DNA of 64,000 nucleotides from Planctomycetota bacterium (GTDB lineage Bacteria; Planctomycetota; Phycisphaerae; WQYP01): NCBI GenBank assembly GCA_021800165.1, contig JAJYZF010000002.1, positions 25,488 to 89,487 of the forward strand, read 5' to 3'. Shown piece by piece: positions 61,357 to 64,000 of this stretch (position 1 is its first letter; each line of letters starts with the position of its first letter). The notes under the pieces were generated by a model. It saw only the letters and a program-made list of their open reading frames with translations, ran no database searches and was not told where the DNA came from. The position numbers and the translations under genes were made by a program.

Positions 61357-61944
61357 ATGGCCACGGACGAACAACTCATGGCCGAGTTTATTGCGGGCAG
61401 TGAATCGGCCTTTCGCGAGTTGGTGTCGCGTTACGAACGCGAGTTGTATGTATTTCTGCAACGCTTTGTCAATAACGGGGCTGCGGCAGAAGACTTATTT
61501 CAGGAGGCGTTCATTCAGGTATACCGCAATGCGGATAAGTTTGATTCGCAGAGGAGGTTTCGCTCTTGGCTCTTTACGATCGCCTCTAACAAAGCCCGCG
61601 ATTATTTGCGAGCGAGTCGCCGTCGTGCGACGCAGTCTTTGGATGCGAACTTTGGCACCGAGAACGAAAAGGCCGCTTTTGCGGATGTGTTGGAAACAGA
61701 TGGAGGGTCTGCACAGGATTTGCTCATCGGCGGCGAAGATGCTGCGGCGATTCGGGAGATGATCGGGAGGTTGCCGGATATTTACCGTGAGGTGCTGATT
61801 TTGAGTTATTTCAGCCATTTTTCGTACAAACAGACCGCGGAAGTGCTGGATGTTCCGGTTGGCACGGTGAAGAGTCGGTTACATTCCGCTTTAACCCAAT
61901 TTGGCCGCTTGTGGAAACAACGGCAGGCGGAGCAGCGATTGTGA
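61357..61944 (+). CDS. ECF RNA polymerase sigma factor
   Basis: TDEQLM, AEDLFQEAF, FRSWLFTIASN (region 2); SYKQTAEVLDVPVGTVKSRLH (region 4). Confidence 0.96.
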   Translation: MATDEQLMAEFIAGSESAFRELVSRYERELYVFLQRFVNNGAAAEDLFQEAFIQVYRNADKFDSQRRFRSWLFTIASNKARDYLRASRRRATQSLDANFGTENEKAAFADVLETDGGSAQDLLIGGEDAAAIREMIGRLPDIYREVLILSYFSHFSYKQTAEVLDVPVGTVKSRLHSALTQFGRLWKQRQAEQRL

Positions 61945-62014
61945 TAGTACATGGAAATATGGCAGCGTGCGGCGAGGATAGAGTTGGTATGTTTGATGTG
62001 AGTGTAGAACCTAT

Positions 62015-63055
62015 ATGACCCACGATCCATTTCAGTTTAATCCCAACGACCAAGAGGCCTTTTCTCTAGAGGGTTATCGTTTGACCGAAGTGGAGGCGGC
62101 GTATGTGGACCGCTGGTTTGGTCAAGAGCCGCCGGGCCGCAATGGCGCGTCAGAAGACCAAGAAAATGCCCCCACTCCGGGCTTGGCCGAAATTATCCAT
62201 CTGCTCTCTCAGACCGGTGAGCCGGCGGTACCACCTGGGCTGGCTGATCGGACCATGGCCATGGTTCGGCAGCGGTCGTCGGTTGGCGGCCTTACCTGGG
62301 GTAAGAGCGTGGGCCAACCAGCGGCGAGAATGCGTATTGGGTGGGATCGGCGGAAAATAGACTTGGCTGCCATGAGTGTTGCGGCGGGCTTACTCTTTGT
62401 CGTTTTAATTTCGGGGATTCAGCAGGCCCGTTATGTTGCGGCCCGCACAGCTTGCGCGGGAAACCTCACCGCATTGGCCAGTGCGTTTGCCGGTTATGCC
62501 GCGGACGATGCAGGCATGTTGCCGCGCATCGCTGCACCCTCGGATGGGAATTGGTTACCGCGAGCCGATACTCCGGGGGAACCGCGCAGTGCCCATGCCC
62601 ATGGCAATCTGGCGAATTTACGACCCTTGTTTGCACGCAGCCGGTTTGTTTCATGGAAGCACCTGATTTGTCCAAGCTGTCATGTTGCTCCTACGCTCGG
62701 CCTAAGCGCGAACTTGTCGCACGGTTTGCCGACGGATGATATCAGCTATTCATACATTGATCAGCTTGCCGCGTATCATCATCGTTGGGGGAACACTGGT
62801 CATGTGGTAGTGATGGCCGATTATAATCCGCTTTTTCAAGCCACCACGGGCGAAGTTCTCGCAAATGCCAACTCTTTTAATCATGACCAGCGTGGGGAAA
62901 ACATCTTGTGTGATGATGGGAGCGTGCGCTGGGTGACAACACCAGATGTCGGACCAAGGAACGATAATATCTGGACGGTGCAAGGAGATTCCAAGCCTCC
63001 CTTCACCGGATGCGAAGAACCAAAAAGCCCCGATGATATTCTGGTGGTTCCATGA
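62015..63055 (+). CDS. putative anti-sigma factor with pilin-like helix and H-X9-DG-like C-terminal domain
   Basis: Immediately downstream of the ECF gene; N-terminal P.VPPGLADRTM; one TM; AR..AARTACAGNL, LICPS, HDQRGENILCDDGSV. Confidence 0.75.
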   Translation: MTHDPFQFNPNDQEAFSLEGYRLTEVEAAYVDRWFGQEPPGRNGASEDQENAPTPGLAEIIHLLSQTGEPAVPPGLADRTMAMVRQRSSVGGLTWGKSVGQPAARMRIGWDRRKIDLAAMSVAAGLLFVVLISGIQQARYVAARTACAGNLTALASAFAGYAADDAGMLPRIAAPSDGNWLPRADTPGEPRSAHAHGNLANLRPLFARSRFVSWKHLICPSCHVAPTLGLSANLSHGLPTDDISYSYIDQLAAYHHRWGNTGHVVVMADYNPLFQATTGEVLANANSFNHDQRGENILCDDGSVRWVTTPDVGPRNDNIWTVQGDSKPPFTGCEEPKSPDDILVVP

Positions 63056-63105
63056 GGCGCTCACGTTATTGACATCGTGGAAAAACGCGGCTACGCTTTA
63101 AGCCT

Positions 63106-63780
63106 ATGCCAAGAACCGCACGGGCCGCCAAAGGCGGCGTCATTTATCATATTTTTAACCGCGGCAACGGCCGCAGGGTGGTCTTTCGTAAGCGGAAAGA
63201 CTATGAGATGTTTTTGGAAATACTCAGAGCGGGCCGGGAGCGGGCTTCCATCAAAGTATTCGGGTTTTGTTTGATGCCCAACCATTGGCATTTGGTGGTT
63301 CGCCCGCGAGGTGACGGCGATCTTTCCGCTTATCTTTCCTGGATCACCAACACCCATGTCAAACGCTGCCGCGTGCGACACCCTCATGCCAAGGGAAGCT
63401 TGTATCAGGGGCGTTATAAAAGTTTTCCAGTGCAAGGTGGACGACATTTCATCAACCTGTTGCGCTATATTGAAAGCAATCCGCAGCGTGCTGGGTTGAA
63501 AAAGCGGGCGGAGAAGTGGCCATGGTCAAGCTTGGGCTGTGATAAAAAGGTGGCATCGGCACTTTTAGATTCCTGGCCGGTGGATCGGCCTAAGCATTGG
63601 CGTAAGGTGGTTAGTAAGCCGCTGAGCAGGGCCGACCGAGATGTGGTTGTGGCCAGCTTGAAGCGCTCACGTCCTCTGGGCGAAGATCTTTGGGTGAGAA
63701 TGACGGCCAAGAAGACTGGTAAGGAGCAAACGCTTCACCCCATTGGTCGTCCGCCAAAACAGATCAAGAAAGTAAGATAA
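63106..63780 (+). mobile_element. REP-associated tyrosine transposase (RAYT; IS200/IS605 Y1 superfamily)
   Basis: MPR..R, YHIFNRGN, HUH motif FCLMPNHWHL, LYQGRYKS, YIESNP.RAG and WPWSS. Confidence 0.9.
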
Positions 63781-64000
63781 GTTGGCGGTTGTTCCAAGAC
63801 CGCCTCCGTTTGGGGCGCGGGCACAGCGGTGCCGTCTGTTGGCCGCGGATTTGCCGCAGGCACGCCGTATTCTCGTGCCTGGAGGTCTCAAAATTGACTG
63901 CGGTGAGGGGAAAAAAATTGGGGAAAAAGTGACGCGACCGCGATCCCAAGGATCTTTCTCGGAGGGCTTCGCCGGGTGACTGGCGGTGGCACGCTGAGCG

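Noticed and set aside
1-64000. CRISPR arrays, rRNA, tRNA or prophage genes
   Set aside because: No regularly spaced repeats, tRNA T-loop consensus, rRNA-like tracts or phage hallmark proteins were seen.

Overview
A GC-rich (~58%, by eye) bacterial chromosome segment, most likely Planctomycetota (Phycisphaerae-like), judged from the rpoC sequence, DUF1559/H-X9-DG pilin-like proteins, PEP-CTERM proteins and a planctomycete-type RAYT. Housekeeping genes: 3' part of rpoC, hsp20-lon-lipB, lgt, nrdR, sixA. A ~20 kb carbohydrate-utilisation region (about 20.5-40.7 kb) has no recognisable transporter. Two loci stand out. (1) A four-gene type VII secretion-like cassette (13.5-19.1 kb) of three WXG100-like proteins and a membrane-anchored EccC/EssC-like FtsK ATPase, with none of the other known T7SS core genes, in a diderm host. 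(2) A two-gene defence cassette (55.0-57.2 kb): a close homologue of the m4C methyltransferase M.PvuII paired with a [novel N-domain]-HNH nuclease of the kind usually found in modification-dependent enzymes, instead of R.PvuII. A manual scan found no copy of the PvuII site CAGCTG in the whole 64 kb (about 20 expected). This fits either a long-resident HNH-type RM system or an inverted 'methylate-then-cut' system that the host survives by lacking the site. All family assignments are from motif recognition by eye, without database searches.
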